From an uncultured Chloroflexia bacterium (GTDB taxonomy: Bacteria > Chloroflexota > Limnocylindria > Limnocylindrales > CSP1-4), in the NCBI GenBank assembly GCA_963788375.1, contig CAWBGT010000016.1, positions 94,078 to 158,077 of the forward strand: 64,000 nt of DNA, written 5' to 3'. The notes beneath the pieces were generated by a model. It searched no databases and was not told the DNA's origin. It saw nothing but the letters and a program-made list of their open reading frames with translations. Positions 12,650 to 22,839 of this stretch are shown here, piece by piece (the first letter of the stretch is position 1; every line of letters starts with the position of its first letter). The position numbers and the translations under genes are program-made.

Positions 12650-13390
12650 GTGAGTGTGGCGACGCGGGCGTTCGCCGACCTGCACTGCCATACCTCGGCC
12701 AGCTTCGACTGCCTGGCCAAGCCCGAGAGCGTGGTCCGGGCGGCCGCCTCGCGGGGGATCACGCACCTCGCGATCACCGACCACGACACCATCGTCGGGG
12801 CGCTCGCCGCGCGCGACGCGGCCCCGGAAGGTCTCACCGTCATCGTGGGCGAGGAGGTCAAGACCTCCGATGGCGACCTCATCGCGCTGTTCCTGGAACG
12901 GGCGGTCGCCCCGGGCCGGCCGGCCGCGGAGACGATCGCGGAGGTCCGCGCGCAGGGTGGCCTGGTCGGGATCCCGCACCCCTTCGACAAGTACCGCGGC
13001 TCGATGCTCAAGGATCCGGGCCTGGAGGCCGTGGGCCAGCTGGTGGACTGGGTCGAGGCGCACAATGCGCGCGTCGTGGGTGGGACCGGGAACGAGCAGG
13101 CAGCGGCATTCGCGCGCGAGCTGGGACTCCCCGGCGTAGCGGTGTCCGACGCCCACAGCGCGCTCGAGGTCGGCGTCGCCTACACCATGCTCGACGGGGA
13201 TCCGTCGACTCCCGAGGGCCTGCTCGCCGCCCTGGCCGTCCTGCCGTCCCTGGAGCTCGTGCGTGGCCGCGCGACCTACTTCGTGCGTCTCTGGACGCCC
13301 GTCGCCAAGGGGATCCAGCGGATCCGCGGCAACGGCCGGCGACGCCCCGGGGCTGGTGGCGCACCAGGCCCCTCCGGGAGCGCCGGATGA
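12650..13390 (+). CDS. PHP-domain metal-dependent phosphoesterase
   Basis: 'DLHCHTSASFDC…HLAITDHDT…' PHP histidine motifs. GTG start. Confidence 0.75.
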   Translation: MSVATRAFADLHCHTSASFDCLAKPESVVRAAASRGITHLAITDHDTIVGALAARDAAPEGLTVIVGEEVKTSDGDLIALFLERAVAPGRPAAETIAEVRAQGGLVGIPHPFDKYRGSMLKDPGLEAVGQLVDWVEAHNARVVGGTGNEQAAAFARELGLPGVAVSDAHSALEVGVAYTMLDGDPSTPEGLLAALAVLPSLELVRGRATYFVRLWTPVAKGIQRIRGNGRRRPGAGGAPGPSGSAG

Positions 13391-14592
13391 CCGGGCACGA
13401 GGGGCAGGACCATCGTCCGATAGAGCCGGGAGGACCCGATCCGGTACGGTCCGATGCGATGGAGATCGGTGCGGAGCTGTCCGCCACCCACCCCCGGCCG
13501 GTCGGAGAGTCCGGCGCGACGCCCGCCTCGGCATCGGCCGAGCCGGACGCCAACGACGACGCCATCGAGCGTGTGTCACTGAGCAGCCGGCTGCGCCAGA
13601 CCAAGACCATCGTCTCGATCCTGGTCCCGCTCGCCATCATCGCCTTCTTCGTCGCCCTCAACGGCGAAACCCTGTCCAAGGTGCCCGGCCTGATCGCCGG
13701 TGCCAACCCGTTCCTGGTGCTGGTCGCCTTCCTGGTGTTCTACGCCGGCTTCCCGATGCGCGGCCTGCGCTGGGCGATGCTGCTCCGGGGGACGGGCTTC
13801 CGCATCATCGTCAGGGACTCCACCGAGATCCTCTACCTGTCGTGGCTTGTCAACTGCCTCATCCCCGCCAAGCTGGGTGACGTGTATCGCGCCTACCTGC
13901 TGCGGATCAACAGCGACGCGTCGCTCAGCCGGACCTTCGGGACGGTGTTCATCGAGCGGGTTCTCGACATCTTCACGATCGCGCTGCTCGGAATGGCGGC
14001 CGGGTTCTGGAGCTTCCGCAACGGCCTGCCGCCGGAGATCCAGGCGGTCTTTGGCATCGCGCTGGTGATCATGGTCCTCCTGGCCGTGGCGCTGTTCACG
14101 CTGCGCAGCTTCGGGCGCCGGATCCTGGTGGCCCTCAGCTTCCTCCCGCACCGGATCGTGGAGTTCTACGACCGCTTCGAGCAGGGGGTGTTCGGTGCGC
14201 TGCACCGCAGGCAGCTGCCACCGCTGCTGGTCCTTGGCATCGCGATCTGGATGACCGAGGCGCTCCGGCTCTTCTTCGTGGTCAAGGCGCTGGGCTTCCC
14301 CGGTGTGGAGCTCGGCATCTCGGGGGCGGTGTTCGTCGCCCTTATCGGCTCCCTGCTGACGGCGGTACCCCTGAGCCCCGCAGGTCTGGGGATCGTGGAG
14401 GCCGGAATCGTCGGCGTCCTCACCCTGGTCTACGGCGTGCCCCTGGCGGAGGCGACCGCGATCGCCCTGCTCGACCGCGTGATCAGCGTGTTCTCGGTGA
14501 TCGTGTTCGGGTCGATCCTGTACGTCATCTCGGGCAAGCCGCGAGGGGAGGGTCTGACCCAGCCCGCAGAGGCCACCGTACCCGCGACCTGA
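13387..14592 (+). CDS. Polytopic membrane protein (lysyl-PG synthase TM-region/UPF0104-like flippase family)
   Basis: 401 aa with 7-8 predicted TM helices after a roughly 70 aa soluble N-terminus. ATGA overlap with the upstream gene. Start could be internal (MEIGAEL…). Confidence 0.55.
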   Translation: MTGHEGQDHRPIEPGGPDPVRSDAMEIGAELSATHPRPVGESGATPASASAEPDANDDAIERVSLSSRLRQTKTIVSILVPLAIIAFFVALNGETLSKVPGLIAGANPFLVLVAFLVFYAGFPMRGLRWAMLLRGTGFRIIVRDSTEILYLSWLVNCLIPAKLGDVYRAYLLRINSDASLSRTFGTVFIERVLDIFTIALLGMAAGFWSFRNGLPPEIQAVFGIALVIMVLLAVALFTLRSFGRRILVALSFLPHRIVEFYDRFEQGVFGALHRRQLPPLLVLGIAIWMTEALRLFFVVKALGFPGVELGISGAVFVALIGSLLTAVPLSPAGLGIVEAGIVGVLTLVYGVPLAEATAIALLDRVISVFSVIVFGSILYVISGKPRGEGLTQPAEATVPAT

Positions 14593-14783
14593 CGCCGCGG
14601 GGACTGGGACCCCCTACCCCGATCGGCCTACGCCCGGACCACACACGACATCACCCCACCGCACGGACGTGGCTGCGTGGGCGCACCGCCGGTGAGTACC
14701 AACGGGGGATTGGGGGGACGCACCTTCCATCCGACACTGCAGTCAATGCCGCGTATGGCACGCGGGCCCTAGCCCAGAGCGAG

Positions 14784-15338
14784 ATGACGACCGACAACGG
14801 CCGCGCCTTCAACGAATGGCTGCGAGCGCAGCTCAAGGCCAAGAAGATGTCGCAGCGCCAGCTGGCGCAGCAGTCGGGTGTGGACCACTCGACGATCTCC
14901 CGCCTGATCCGCGGGGACCGCATGCCGTCGCTCGGCACGGCCACGAAGCTGGCCCGGGGCCTGCGCGAGATCCACGACGACGCCGACACGCCCACCGCGC
15001 TGAGCGTGGTGTCGGTCGGCCCGCAGAACCCCACGGCACGCGTCGAGTACTCGCTGCGTGCTGACGAGGCGCTCACGGAGCCGCAGGTCCGCCAGATCAT
15101 GGAGTACTACCTGGCCGTTCGGGTGCGCCGGTTCGCGAGGACGTACACGAGCATCGGGTCTTCCGACACGGTCGGCAATGGCAACGGCGCCGTGTCCTCG
15201 TCCGGGGCAGTCTATGGACGCACGGCCGGCGTTGCGGGCGGCGTCGCGACGCCCACCGTCATGCGCGCCGCACCACCTCAGCGCTACGGAGCGCCGCGAC
15301 CCGCGGTGCGTCCGGTCCGGCCTCCCGGCCGGTCCTGA
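14784..15338 (+). CDS. HTH XRE-family transcriptional regulator
   Basis: N-terminal HTH_3 segment 'MSQRQLAQQSGVDHSTISRLIRGDR' with a low-complexity C-terminal tail. Confidence 0.7.
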   Translation: MTTDNGRAFNEWLRAQLKAKKMSQRQLAQQSGVDHSTISRLIRGDRMPSLGTATKLARGLREIHDDADTPTALSVVSVGPQNPTARVEYSLRADEALTEPQVRQIMEYYLAVRVRRFARTYTSIGSSDTVGNGNGAVSSSGAVYGRTAGVAGGVATPTVMRAAPPQRYGAPRPAVRPVRPPGRS

Positions 15339-15468
15339 ACCGAATTCCAGGGCACGGCCCGGTCCACCCTCCTGGACTGGGTCTCGGGGACAGCGAACGC
15401 CGGTCTGCAGGGGCCGGCGTTCGCGATTCCTCGGGGTCGGGGCACGCGCTCTCGGCGTCGAGGGTCCG

Positions 15469-17265
15469 TCAGGGCACGCCGGCCGCGTAAACGGAGATCA
15501 CCCGTCTCGCCCCGGCCTCGAATCGGTCCACCAGGCCCAGGTTCGACCGTCTGGCATCGGCACCCAGCCACTCGTCCTCGGCCGGACCGCCGCATGGGGC
15601 GCCCACCACCTCGTCGAACAGCGGGTCGCACACCAGCACCGCGACGCCGGGCATCGCCTGCACGTCGGCCGGCAGCACCGGGGCTCCCCGGCGCTCCAGC
15701 GGGAAGCGCAGGGCATCGGCCGACTTGAACGGTGGGATGCCGTCGAGCAGGAAAGGCTCCTGACCGGTGACCTCGAGCACTCGTGCGGCGGCGGCGTCCG
15801 CGAGAGGCCAGCCGCCATCGGCGGCGACCACCGGCGGCCAGGCCGTGGTCTCGATGAGCACCAGGGCGATCGCGAGCGCCCCGGCGACCAGGCGCCCGCC
15901 GATCCCTCCCCTGGCGACCCCCGCGCCGGTGGCGAGCGGCGTGGCGGCCATGAGCGGCTCGTCGCCAACGAGCGGCTCGTCGCCAACGAGCGGCTCGTCG
16001 CCAACGAGCGGAGTGGCGCCGGGAGGGGCGCTCCACGCCAACCGGCGACCCATCGCCAGGCGTGCCAGACCGACGCCCGCCACGGCCAGCACGATCGGGT
16101 CGAGGAAGGCGTGATAGTGATCGTTGGGGAGCTCGGGAACGATGACCGCGAGGCTGGGGGCGAAGATCGCCAGTGCCACGACGGAGAACCCGAGCGTCCC
16201 GGCCAGCCACCGGGTACCCGACACGTCCACCCGGGCGGGCGGGTCCAGCGGTGGGCCTGCCGGGTCCGCGCCGGCGCCCGAGGCCACGGGCAGACCGCGG
16301 GTGCCGGCTCGTCGCCAGCCGACGATCGCCATGGCGCCCAGCAGGGTGACGATGACCACCGTCGCCAGCGAGACCCAGATGCGATCCGTGATCAGTCCCG
16401 TGAACGGCCAGGTGATCGAGCGCAGGCCAACGATCACGATCTGGTCCAGCACCCCGCCCGCAGCCTCCCGCCCGCCGCCCCCGACGTAGCCCAGGATCGC
16501 CCGGGTCTCGGCAAAGCCGTTCTGCAGCTCATACACGGCCAGCGGCAGGTAGCTGGCCGCGATCACGAGGATGGCACCCAGCCCGCCACGCAGGACGCCG
16601 GCGGTCGATTGCCCGCCGCGGCGTCGGCGGACGAGGTCCGCCACCCACGCCCAGGCGAGCGGGCCCACGATGACCACGCCCAGGACGTGGCACTGCATCG
16701 TGACCATGGCCCCGGCTCCAGCGAGGATCCACCATCGTGCCCGTCCGGTGCGCCGCGCCATGATCGCTCCGGCAAACGCGAGCGCGGCCGCCGCGGGGAT
16801 GAGGTTCGGGTTCCAGATGAAGGTGGACTCGTCGATGCCCGCCGGGGACAGCGCGGCGAACAGGCCTGCCGCGGCCGCCGCCAGCGGTCCGCCGAGGAGT
16901 CGGGCTAGCCACCATGTGGCCGCGACGGCAGCGATGCCGAACAGCGCGATCTCGCCGGTGACCGCCACCGGGTCAGCCGCCGACAGCACCGCCGCCGGGG
17001 CGAGAAGGTAGTAGTAGACGGCCCCGTGGTGGAAGGTCCCGATCGACGTCTTGGGGCCGAGCAGCGGGATCTCGCCGTCCACCACCAGCGATCGCAGGAC
17101 GAGCATGTCGTGACCCTGGTCGGCATCCCAGCGGCCGCGCTCGTCGATCCCCGGCAGGCGCGTGAGCGCGGCCACGGCCAGGATGGCCAGCAGCATCGCC
17201 ACCTCGGGCCACCGGGCGCGAGCGGTCGTCGGGCGCGGGGTCCCGGCGTCTGCCCGGTCCCTCAC
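15469..17265 (-). CDS. GT-C fold membrane glycosyltransferase (PMT/ArnT, GT39/83-like) with an internal PLVGDE x3 repeat
   Basis: 598 aa with many TM helices. The N-terminal region is typical of the dolichyl/undecaprenyl-phosphate-sugar transferase family. GTG start whose GTGA overlaps the nfo stop. Confidence 0.7.
   Translation of the reverse strand: MRDRADAGTPRPTTARARWPEVAMLLAILAVAALTRLPGIDERGRWDADQGHDMLVLRSLVVDGEIPLLGPKTSIGTFHHGAVYYYLLAPAAVLSAADPVAVTGEIALFGIAAVAATWWLARLLGGPLAAAAAGLFAALSPAGIDESTFIWNPNLIPAAAALAFAGAIMARRTGRARWWILAGAGAMVTMQCHVLGVVIVGPLAWAWVADLVRRRRGGQSTAGVLRGGLGAILVIAASYLPLAVYELQNGFAETRAILGYVGGGGREAAGGVLDQIVIVGLRSITWPFTGLITDRIWVSLATVVIVTLLGAMAIVGWRRAGTRGLPVASGAGADPAGPPLDPPARVDVSGTRWLAGTLGFSVVALAIFAPSLAVIVPELPNDHYHAFLDPIVLAVAGVGLARLAMGRRLAWSAPPGATPLVGDEPLVGDEPLVGDEPLMAATPLATGAGVARGGIGGRLVAGALAIALVLIETTAWPPVVAADGGWPLADAAAARVLEVTGQEPFLLDGIPPFKSADALRFPLERRGAPVLPADVQAMPGVAVLVCDPLFDEVVGAPCGGPAEDEWLGADARRSNLGLVDRFEAGARRVISVYAAGVP
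15952..16011. repeat. 18-bp tandem repeat (gagcggctcgtcgccaac) x3.3 inside the GT-C gene
   Basis: Direct inspection of 15952-16011. It encodes PLVGDE-PLVGDE-PLVGDE on the minus strand. Confidence 0.9.
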
Positions 17266-18224
17266 AGAGCGTCGTCCTCAGCCGGGGCGCTGCGGCTCTT
17301 CGAGCTGCGCGTCCGGAAGGCGGCCGGCGGCAGGTCCGGGAGTGGCCGGCCCGCGGCGAGGTCCAGCACGCGGGCGATGTTGATGGCGTCGTACCCATCC
17401 TCCATGCCCGGGGTCTCGAGGATGTAGACGACGTGATCCAGCCGGGGGTGCAGGACCATCCTCGCCAGTCCGGCCCCACCGATCCGGCCGCCGCCCACGT
17501 GCTCGTGCCGATCGGCGTTCGAACCCTGCTCCGCGCGCGAATCGTTCAGGTGGACCATGTGGAGTCGGCGGAGGCCCAGCGTGGCGTCCAGCCCGGCCAG
17601 CGTCGTGTCCACGCCCTCGGCCGTGTCGATGGGGTAGCCCGCGCCCCACAGGTGCGCCGTGTCCAGGCAGAACCCGTAGCGCTCGCGGTCGACCCCGGCT
17701 GCCGCGATGGCCTGGTCGATGTCCCGAAGCTCCTCGAGCGTGGCGCCCAGTCCGAAGCCGCTGCCGGAACCGTTCTCCAGGACCAGGAGCACGTCGGGCG
17801 CCGCCCCGTCCACGGCCTCCAGGACGCTCCGGATCCCCAACGCGAGGCGCTCCGCGCCCGCGGCCGGGCCGTCTCCCCGGTGCGAGCCGATGTGCACGTT
17901 CACGAGCCGGGCGCCGTAGGCGTTGGCCACGCGCAGCTCGGTGGCGAGGACGTCCGCGGATCGTCGTCGCAACTCGGGGTCCGGGCCCGCGAGGTTGACG
18001 AGATACGGCGCGTGGATGGCAAGGGGCGCAACGTCGCGGGCATCCAGCCGCGCCCGGAACGCCGGCAGCTCGGCAGGCAGGGAGGGGCGTCGGCGCCACG
18101 AGGCCGGGTTGTCGGTGAAGACCTGCAACGCGGACGCACCGATCTCGGCCGCCCTGTCCGCGGCCTTGACCATCCCGTGCCCCAGCGGCAGGTGCGCCCC
18201 CAGGCGTCGTCCGTTCGGAAGCAT
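17262..18224 (-). CDS. nfo: Endonuclease IV (AP endonuclease family 2)
   Basis: 'GAHLPLGHGMVKAADRAAEIGASALQVFTDNPASW…' and metal-binding His/Glu/Asp motifs of the Nfo family. Start chosen at MLPNGRRLGAH. Confidence 0.75.
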   Translation of the reverse strand: MLPNGRRLGAHLPLGHGMVKAADRAAEIGASALQVFTDNPASWRRRPSLPAELPAFRARLDARDVAPLAIHAPYLVNLAGPDPELRRRSADVLATELRVANAYGARLVNVHIGSHRGDGPAAGAERLALGIRSVLEAVDGAAPDVLLVLENGSGSGFGLGATLEELRDIDQAIAAAGVDRERYGFCLDTAHLWGAGYPIDTAEGVDTTLAGLDATLGLRRLHMVHLNDSRAEQGSNADRHEHVGGGRIGGAGLARMVLHPRLDHVVYILETPGMEDGYDAINIARVLDLAAGRPLPDLPPAAFRTRSSKSRSAPAEDDAL

Positions 18225-18355
18225 GTCAGGGAAGGGTAGCGGAGGCCTGTTCGCTCGATAGGGCGCCCAGGGCACCAGGCCGAAGGTGGCAGCGGGCCGC
18301 GCCGTCCGCGCAACGGCGGCTGGCCGCCAGGGCAACGGCGTCCTAGACTCGACCG

Positions 18356-18982
18356 ATGGACGCCGATCTCCTCGCGGGCCTGCGCGCCCTCGTCGACCAG
18401 CACCGGTTGCGGATCATCGCGCGGCTGGTCGCGGGACCCGCATCCGCCGAGACGCTCGCCGCCGAGATGCGCCAGCCGCTGCCTGCGGTGGGGCGTCACC
18501 TCGAGATCCTCCTGGCCGCCGGCCTCATCGAGCGACCCGCCGATCGTCCCGAGCTGTTTGCCGCGCGTCCGGACCGCCTGGGGCAGCTCGGCCGTGACCT
18601 GGCGGCCCTCGAGCACGAGACGACCGGCACCGGGCGGAGCCCCGGCGGCGACTGGCCACATGAAGGCGAGTCGCTTGCCGACACGCTCGCCCGTCTCGCT
18701 CCCACGCCCGACGAGGCGAAGACGCTGCGAGCCCACCTCGTTGACGGGCGGCTGGTGACCATCCCCGCCCAACCCGGGAAGCGACAGATCGTGCTCCGCT
18801 TCCTGCTCGAGCGGGTGTTCACGGAGGACCGCGACTACCCGGAGAAGGAGGTCAACCAGCGGATCGCGCTATTCCACCCGGACGTCGCGTCGCTGCGGCG
18901 GTACCTCGTGGATGCGCGGTACGTGGACCGCGACGCGGGCCGCTACCGGCGCACCGCCCCGCGCCCGCAGGCCGGCGCCTGA
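18356..18982 (+). CDS. ArsR-type HTH plus DUF2087-domain transcriptional regulator
   Basis: An N-terminal winged-HTH-like region followed by a C-terminus typical of DUF2087. Confidence 0.55.
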   Translation: MDADLLAGLRALVDQHRLRIIARLVAGPASAETLAAEMRQPLPAVGRHLEILLAAGLIERPADRPELFAARPDRLGQLGRDLAALEHETTGTGRSPGGDWPHEGESLADTLARLAPTPDEAKTLRAHLVDGRLVTIPAQPGKRQIVLRFLLERVFTEDRDYPEKEVNQRIALFHPDVASLRRYLVDARYVDRDAGRYRRTAPRPQAGA

Positions 18983-18985
18983 CCC

Positions 18986-19570
18986 TCAGCGGTTCGAGCG
19001 CCCCTTCGACGTGTACTCGCCGCCCACCACCGGCTCGATCAGCCCGAAGTCCCCGTCCTTGCGCCGGTAGATCACGGCCACCCGCTCCGTCTCCGCGTTC
19101 ACGAACACGTAGAAGTCGTGGCCCAGGTCCTCCATGGCCGCGACCGCGTCCTCCTCAAACATCGGCTCGATGGCGAAGCGCTTGGTCTTGACGATCTTGG
19201 GCTCCGTGGTCGTGTCCGCCGTCCCGTCGGCGATCTTCGCCAGGAGCATCTTCTCCTCGTCGGGCCGGGAACGGACGCGCGGCTTCTCCTTGAAGTCCTT
19301 GGCCTGGCGCTCCACCTTGTCCACGACGACGTCGATCGCCGCCTGGTAGGAGGAGCCTGTCGCCCGGCTCTTGAGCGCCTTGCCATCGATGACGAGCGTG
19401 ACGTCCGCGATATGGGAGTCGGCCGTGCTCCGGTGCGCTTCGTTGGACAGCTCCACGATGGCGTCCGTGCGGTCATCGAGGAGCCGCTCGAGGCGTGCGA
19501 ACTTGCGCTCCGCGTATTCGCGGACCCGGTCCGGAACCTCGAGGTTCTTGCCCCTGACGATCGTCCTCAC
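18986..19570 (-). CDS. hpf: Ribosome hibernation promoting factor (long HPF)
   Basis: 'VRTIVRGKNLEVPDRVREYAERKFARLERLL…' S30AE domain plus a C-terminal dimerisation domain. GTG start preceded by a perfect 'ccaggaggtcaccc' RBS. Confidence 0.85.
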   Translation of the reverse strand: MRTIVRGKNLEVPDRVREYAERKFARLERLLDDRTDAIVELSNEAHRSTADSHIADVTLVIDGKALKSRATGSSYQAAIDVVVDKVERQAKDFKEKPRVRSRPDEEKMLLAKIADGTADTTTEPKIVKTKRFAIEPMFEEDAVAAMEDLGHDFYVFVNAETERVAVIYRRKDGDFGLIEPVVGGEYTSKGRSNR

Positions 19571-19703
19571 GGGTGACCTCCTGGCGCGTTGCGCCTGGCT
19601 GTGGGGCGAGGGGGCCCGCGAGTCGGACCCCACTCGGAGTTCGAGTATAGCCACCGGGAGCCGGGGTGCCGGAAGTGCCGCAGGACCCCGCATCGCCCGC
19701 CGA

Positions 19704-20357
19704 TTATCGTTCACGGGCTACCGTGATCGCGCTCACTGCGGCGGCTCCGGCGTCGAGGAGAGCCTGCGCCGTCGAGCACAACGTGGCGCCCGTGGTCACC
19801 ACGTCGTCCACCAGCACCACCCACCGGCCGACGATCCACGGTCCCGCCGAGGGGGCCACAGCGAACGCATCTGCGACGTTCGAGGCCCGATGGTTCCGGT
19901 CCAGGTGGTACTGGGCTGCCGTCGCCCGGGTGCGGACCACCGCCGCCTGCCAGGGCATCCCAAGCTGCGCTGCCGCGGCCTCCGCGATGAGGGCCGCCTG
20001 GTCGTAGCCCCGCTCCCTGCGCCGGCCGGCATGGACTGGCACGGGGACCAGAAGCTCGCCGCCGGCGCCCGCCCGGCGCCAGCGCTCCGCGACCACCGTC
20101 CCCAGCGGCGTCGCCAGCCGCCGCTCACCCGCGTACTTCAGTGCGTGCAGCGCCCTGCGCGTGGTCCCCGCGAACGGCGAGCACCACTCCAGCTGGAGCA
20201 ACGGATGGGGCGGCCCTTCCGCGAGGCCCAGCGGGGTCCCGGGGGGCAGCTCCAGCCGGGTCCCCACGGCCGGCAGGCAGGCGGCGCAGATCGCGTCGCC
20301 CTCGCGCCCGCAGCCCGCACACACCGGTGGCAGGGCGAGGTCCAGGAGGCGGCTCAT
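19704..20357 (-). CDS. comFC: ComF/ComFC-like phosphoribosyltransferase-domain protein
   Basis: N-terminal Cys4 zinc finger (CAGCG…CAAC) and a PRTase motif 'VVLVDDVVTTGATL'. Adjacent to hpf, as in many Gram-positive genomes. Confidence 0.75.
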   Translation of the reverse strand: MSRLLDLALPPVCAGCGREGDAICAACLPAVGTRLELPPGTPLGLAEGPPHPLLQLEWCSPFAGTTRRALHALKYAGERRLATPLGTVVAERWRRAGAGGELLVPVPVHAGRRRERGYDQAALIAEAAAAQLGMPWQAAVVRTRATAAQYHLDRNHRASNVADAFAVAPSAGPWIVGRWVVLVDDVVTTGATLCSTAQALLDAGAAAVSAITVARER

Positions 20358-20385
20358 TGGCCGCAGGATGCCGGTCACGGCGGGA

Positions 20386-21042
20386 TCAGCGGAGGATGAT
20401 TCCGCTGGCCGCAGGCACGCGCCCGCTGCGCAGATCGCGCGCGATCGCGGCACCGTCCAGGGGAAACTGGACGCGGAGCGCCTCGCGGTGGCTCGCGAGG
20501 ATCCGCCGATTGTGGGCTGTCCGGTTCAGCAGCAGGATGACCACCCCGGCACCTGGATCGTCGCGGACCTTCAGCTCGATCCGCCGGCTGACAGCCTGCA
20601 CATCATCAAGCTTGGACTCGGCCTCCACGGAGCCCGTGCGCTTGCCGTCCGATATCCGCCCATCCCACGCCCGGAGGTCACCCGCGACGGGCAGCGGGAC
20701 CTCCCGCCGGAGCCGCAGCGACGGCGGGAGGAGCGCTTCGAAACGGGCCAGGAGCTTGAGCTGAGGGGCATCCCGGATTGGTGCCTCGTCCGGGTAGAGC
20801 TTCAGCCACGGGCGGAGACCCACGGCTCGCGCGGCACGACAGACCTGGTCCAGCGTCGGGCGCGCGTTGCGGGCGAGCTCGACCCTCGCCAGCTGCGACG
20901 GGGACATGCCCGCTCGCCGGGCGGCAGTCGAGAGGCTCCAGCCAAGGTGGCGTCGTGCGGCACGGATCTCGCTCCCCGCGCTCGCACTCAGGCGCCGGGC
21001 CTCATCCGCGCCCCGGTCGCCCGGACGCTCGCGAGTGGTCAT
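20386..21042 (-). CDS. XRE-type HTH DNA-binding protein with a C-terminal domain of unknown function
   Basis: HTH 'LSTAARRAGMSPSQLARVELAR'. 218 aa. Confidence 0.55.
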   Translation of the reverse strand: MTTRERPGDRGADEARRLSASAGSEIRAARRHLGWSLSTAARRAGMSPSQLARVELARNARPTLDQVCRAARAVGLRPWLKLYPDEAPIRDAPQLKLLARFEALLPPSLRLRREVPLPVAGDLRAWDGRISDGKRTGSVEAESKLDDVQAVSRRIELKVRDDPGAGVVILLLNRTAHNRRILASHREALRVQFPLDGAAIARDLRSGRVPAASGIILR

Positions 21043-21325
21043 GCTCCTGATGGTGATCCACGGCGCTTACCTGCTGCTCAACCGCGCGACGTCACCCACT
21101 CCTGCCTCGCGCCCGGGCGTTGCCGGGTTGGTCGTGCCCCTGAGTAGCCGGGTTGGCCGTCCCTCGCAGGTGCACCCCCGTCGCGCAGCGGGGCAACGGG
21201 CTCAGGGCGGAACAGACTGGCCGCCTGGCATGGCCGATGTTGCATGGAGTGGCATCGGGGTGCATCGGATGCGTCGCCGGGCGGGCAGACCGTCTCAGGA
21301 CGCGCCCGTTGCCCCGCCCGGCGGG

Positions 21326-21440
21326 GCGACCACACACGGGACGGCCGTGCGCACGGCGCGGGACCACACACGGGACGGCCCATGTGCACGGCGCGGGACA
21401 CGGCCCGTGCACGGCGCGGGACACAGGCCCGGCCACGGGC
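21326..21440. repeat. Degenerate GC-rich direct repeats (2x 'gaccacacacgggacggcc', 3x 'gtgc(g)cacggcgcggga') carrying GTGCAC palindromes
   Basis: Seen directly in the intergenic region between the XRE regulator start and the DUF192 stop. Confidence 0.7.
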
Positions 21441-21468
21441 ACGGGACCGGAGCGCGGCCCCGGGGTCG

Positions 21469-21882
21469 CTACCCGGCCTCGCGGATCTCCACCCTGTCGC
21501 CCACGGTCGTCCCCGTGGCGTCGATGGTTCCCACGGGCAGCTCCAGGACGCCGTCCGCACCCCGGACGAGCGGGACCAGCCCTGTCCAGGCCCGTAGCCT
21601 GCGGTGCACGGACGTCACCCGCCGGGTGCCATCCGCCGCGGGCTTGGACACGAAGACCGCGTCGATCGGAAAGCGCATGAACATCATGTGGATCCCGTTG
21701 CTGGCGGGCAGCCACATGCCGTCTCCCGCGGGCAAGGACGACCGGCCCATGAGCCCCATGAACTTGGCCCACAGCGACGCCGCCGTCTCCAGGCGCTCGA
21801 CCAGGACCACGTCCCGGTCGAGGTTGCTGGCGACACCGCACCTCGCGTGCGCGTCGGGGCTCATGGCCGAGCCGGGAGACAA
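21469..21882 (-). CDS. DUF192-domain protein
   Basis: 137 aa matching the COG1430/DUF192 pattern. It is the last gene of the tad operon. Confidence 0.55.
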   Translation of the reverse strand: MSPGSAMSPDAHARCGVASNLDRDVVLVERLETAASLWAKFMGLMGRSSLPAGDGMWLPASNGIHMMFMRFPIDAVFVSKPAADGTRRVTSVHRRLRAWTGLVPLVRGADGVLELPVGTIDATGTTVGDRVEIREAG

Positions 21883-21888
21883 CCCGGC

Positions 21889-22836
21889 CTAGACGCCGCT
21901 GCCCTGAAGGCCGGTGATGATCAGGATGATGGCCGGGCCGAGGATGACGATGAACAGCGACGGGAAGATGCACCCGACCAGCGGGAACAGCATCTTGATC
22001 GGCGCCTTGGCCGCCATCTCCTCGGCGCGCTGGCGGCGCTCGATGCGCAACTGCTCGGACTGGACCTGGAGGACCTTGCTGATCGAGACGCCCAGCTGCT
22101 CGGCCTGGATGATGGCGCCGATGAAGTTGGTGAGTGCCTGGACCTCGGTGCGGGGAACGATGTCCCGCAACGCGTCACGCCGCGGCTTGCCCACCCGGAT
22201 CTCCGCCAGACCCCGCCGGAACTCGTCGGGGAGGGGGCCTTTGAGCTTCTCGACCACCTTGCCCAGGGCACCGTCAAAGCCGAGGCCGGCACGGACGGAG
22301 ATCGTCAGCAGATCGAGCGCATCCGGGATCTGGAGCAGGATGAGCTTCTGGCGCTTCTTGATGCGGCCGCCCAGCCAGAACTCGGGCATGGCGTAGCCCA
22401 GGTACAGGCCTACCGGGATCAGCAGCAGGTTGAGCGGGAAGGAGAGGACGGACACGAGGCCCGGGACGACGAACAGCAGCACGGCCACGGCACCGCCGAT
22501 GATGGCGCCGATGGCCTTGATGCCCATCCAGTCCGCGGTCCGCAGCTCGCCGGGGTTGCCGGCCAGCGCGAGGCGCTTCTCGGTTGACTGAGTGAAGGAG
22601 GTGCTCGCCATGCGCGATGCACGGCCCGAGAGACGGGCCATCATCGGCCGCAGGGTGCGGTCGATTAGGGGCGCCTGGAGCTCGAGCTCCTCCAGGTTCT
22701 TGGCCTGCATGGTGCCAAGCTGGCTGAGCCGGGCCTGTACCGGGTCGACCTGTGGCCCGGAGGCCAGGCCGATGAAGATCAACAGGATCGCGCCGGCTGC
22801 GATCGCCGCCACGACGAGGGGCAGAACGCCGTCCAT
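21889..22836 (-). CDS. tadC: Tad pilus assembly membrane protein TadC (T2SS-F domain)
   Basis: 315 aa with 3-4 TM helices and a T2SSF-domain pattern. Follows tadB. Confidence 0.8.
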   Translation of the reverse strand: MDGVLPLVVAAIAAGAILLIFIGLASGPQVDPVQARLSQLGTMQAKNLEELELQAPLIDRTLRPMMARLSGRASRMASTSFTQSTEKRLALAGNPGELRTADWMGIKAIGAIIGGAVAVLLFVVPGLVSVLSFPLNLLLIPVGLYLGYAMPEFWLGGRIKKRQKLILLQIPDALDLLTISVRAGLGFDGALGKVVEKLKGPLPDEFRRGLAEIRVGKPRRDALRDIVPRTEVQALTNFIGAIIQAEQLGVSISKVLQVQSEQLRIERRQRAEEMAAKAPIKMLFPLVGCIFPSLFIVILGPAIILIITGLQGSGV

Positions 22837-22839
22837 GCG

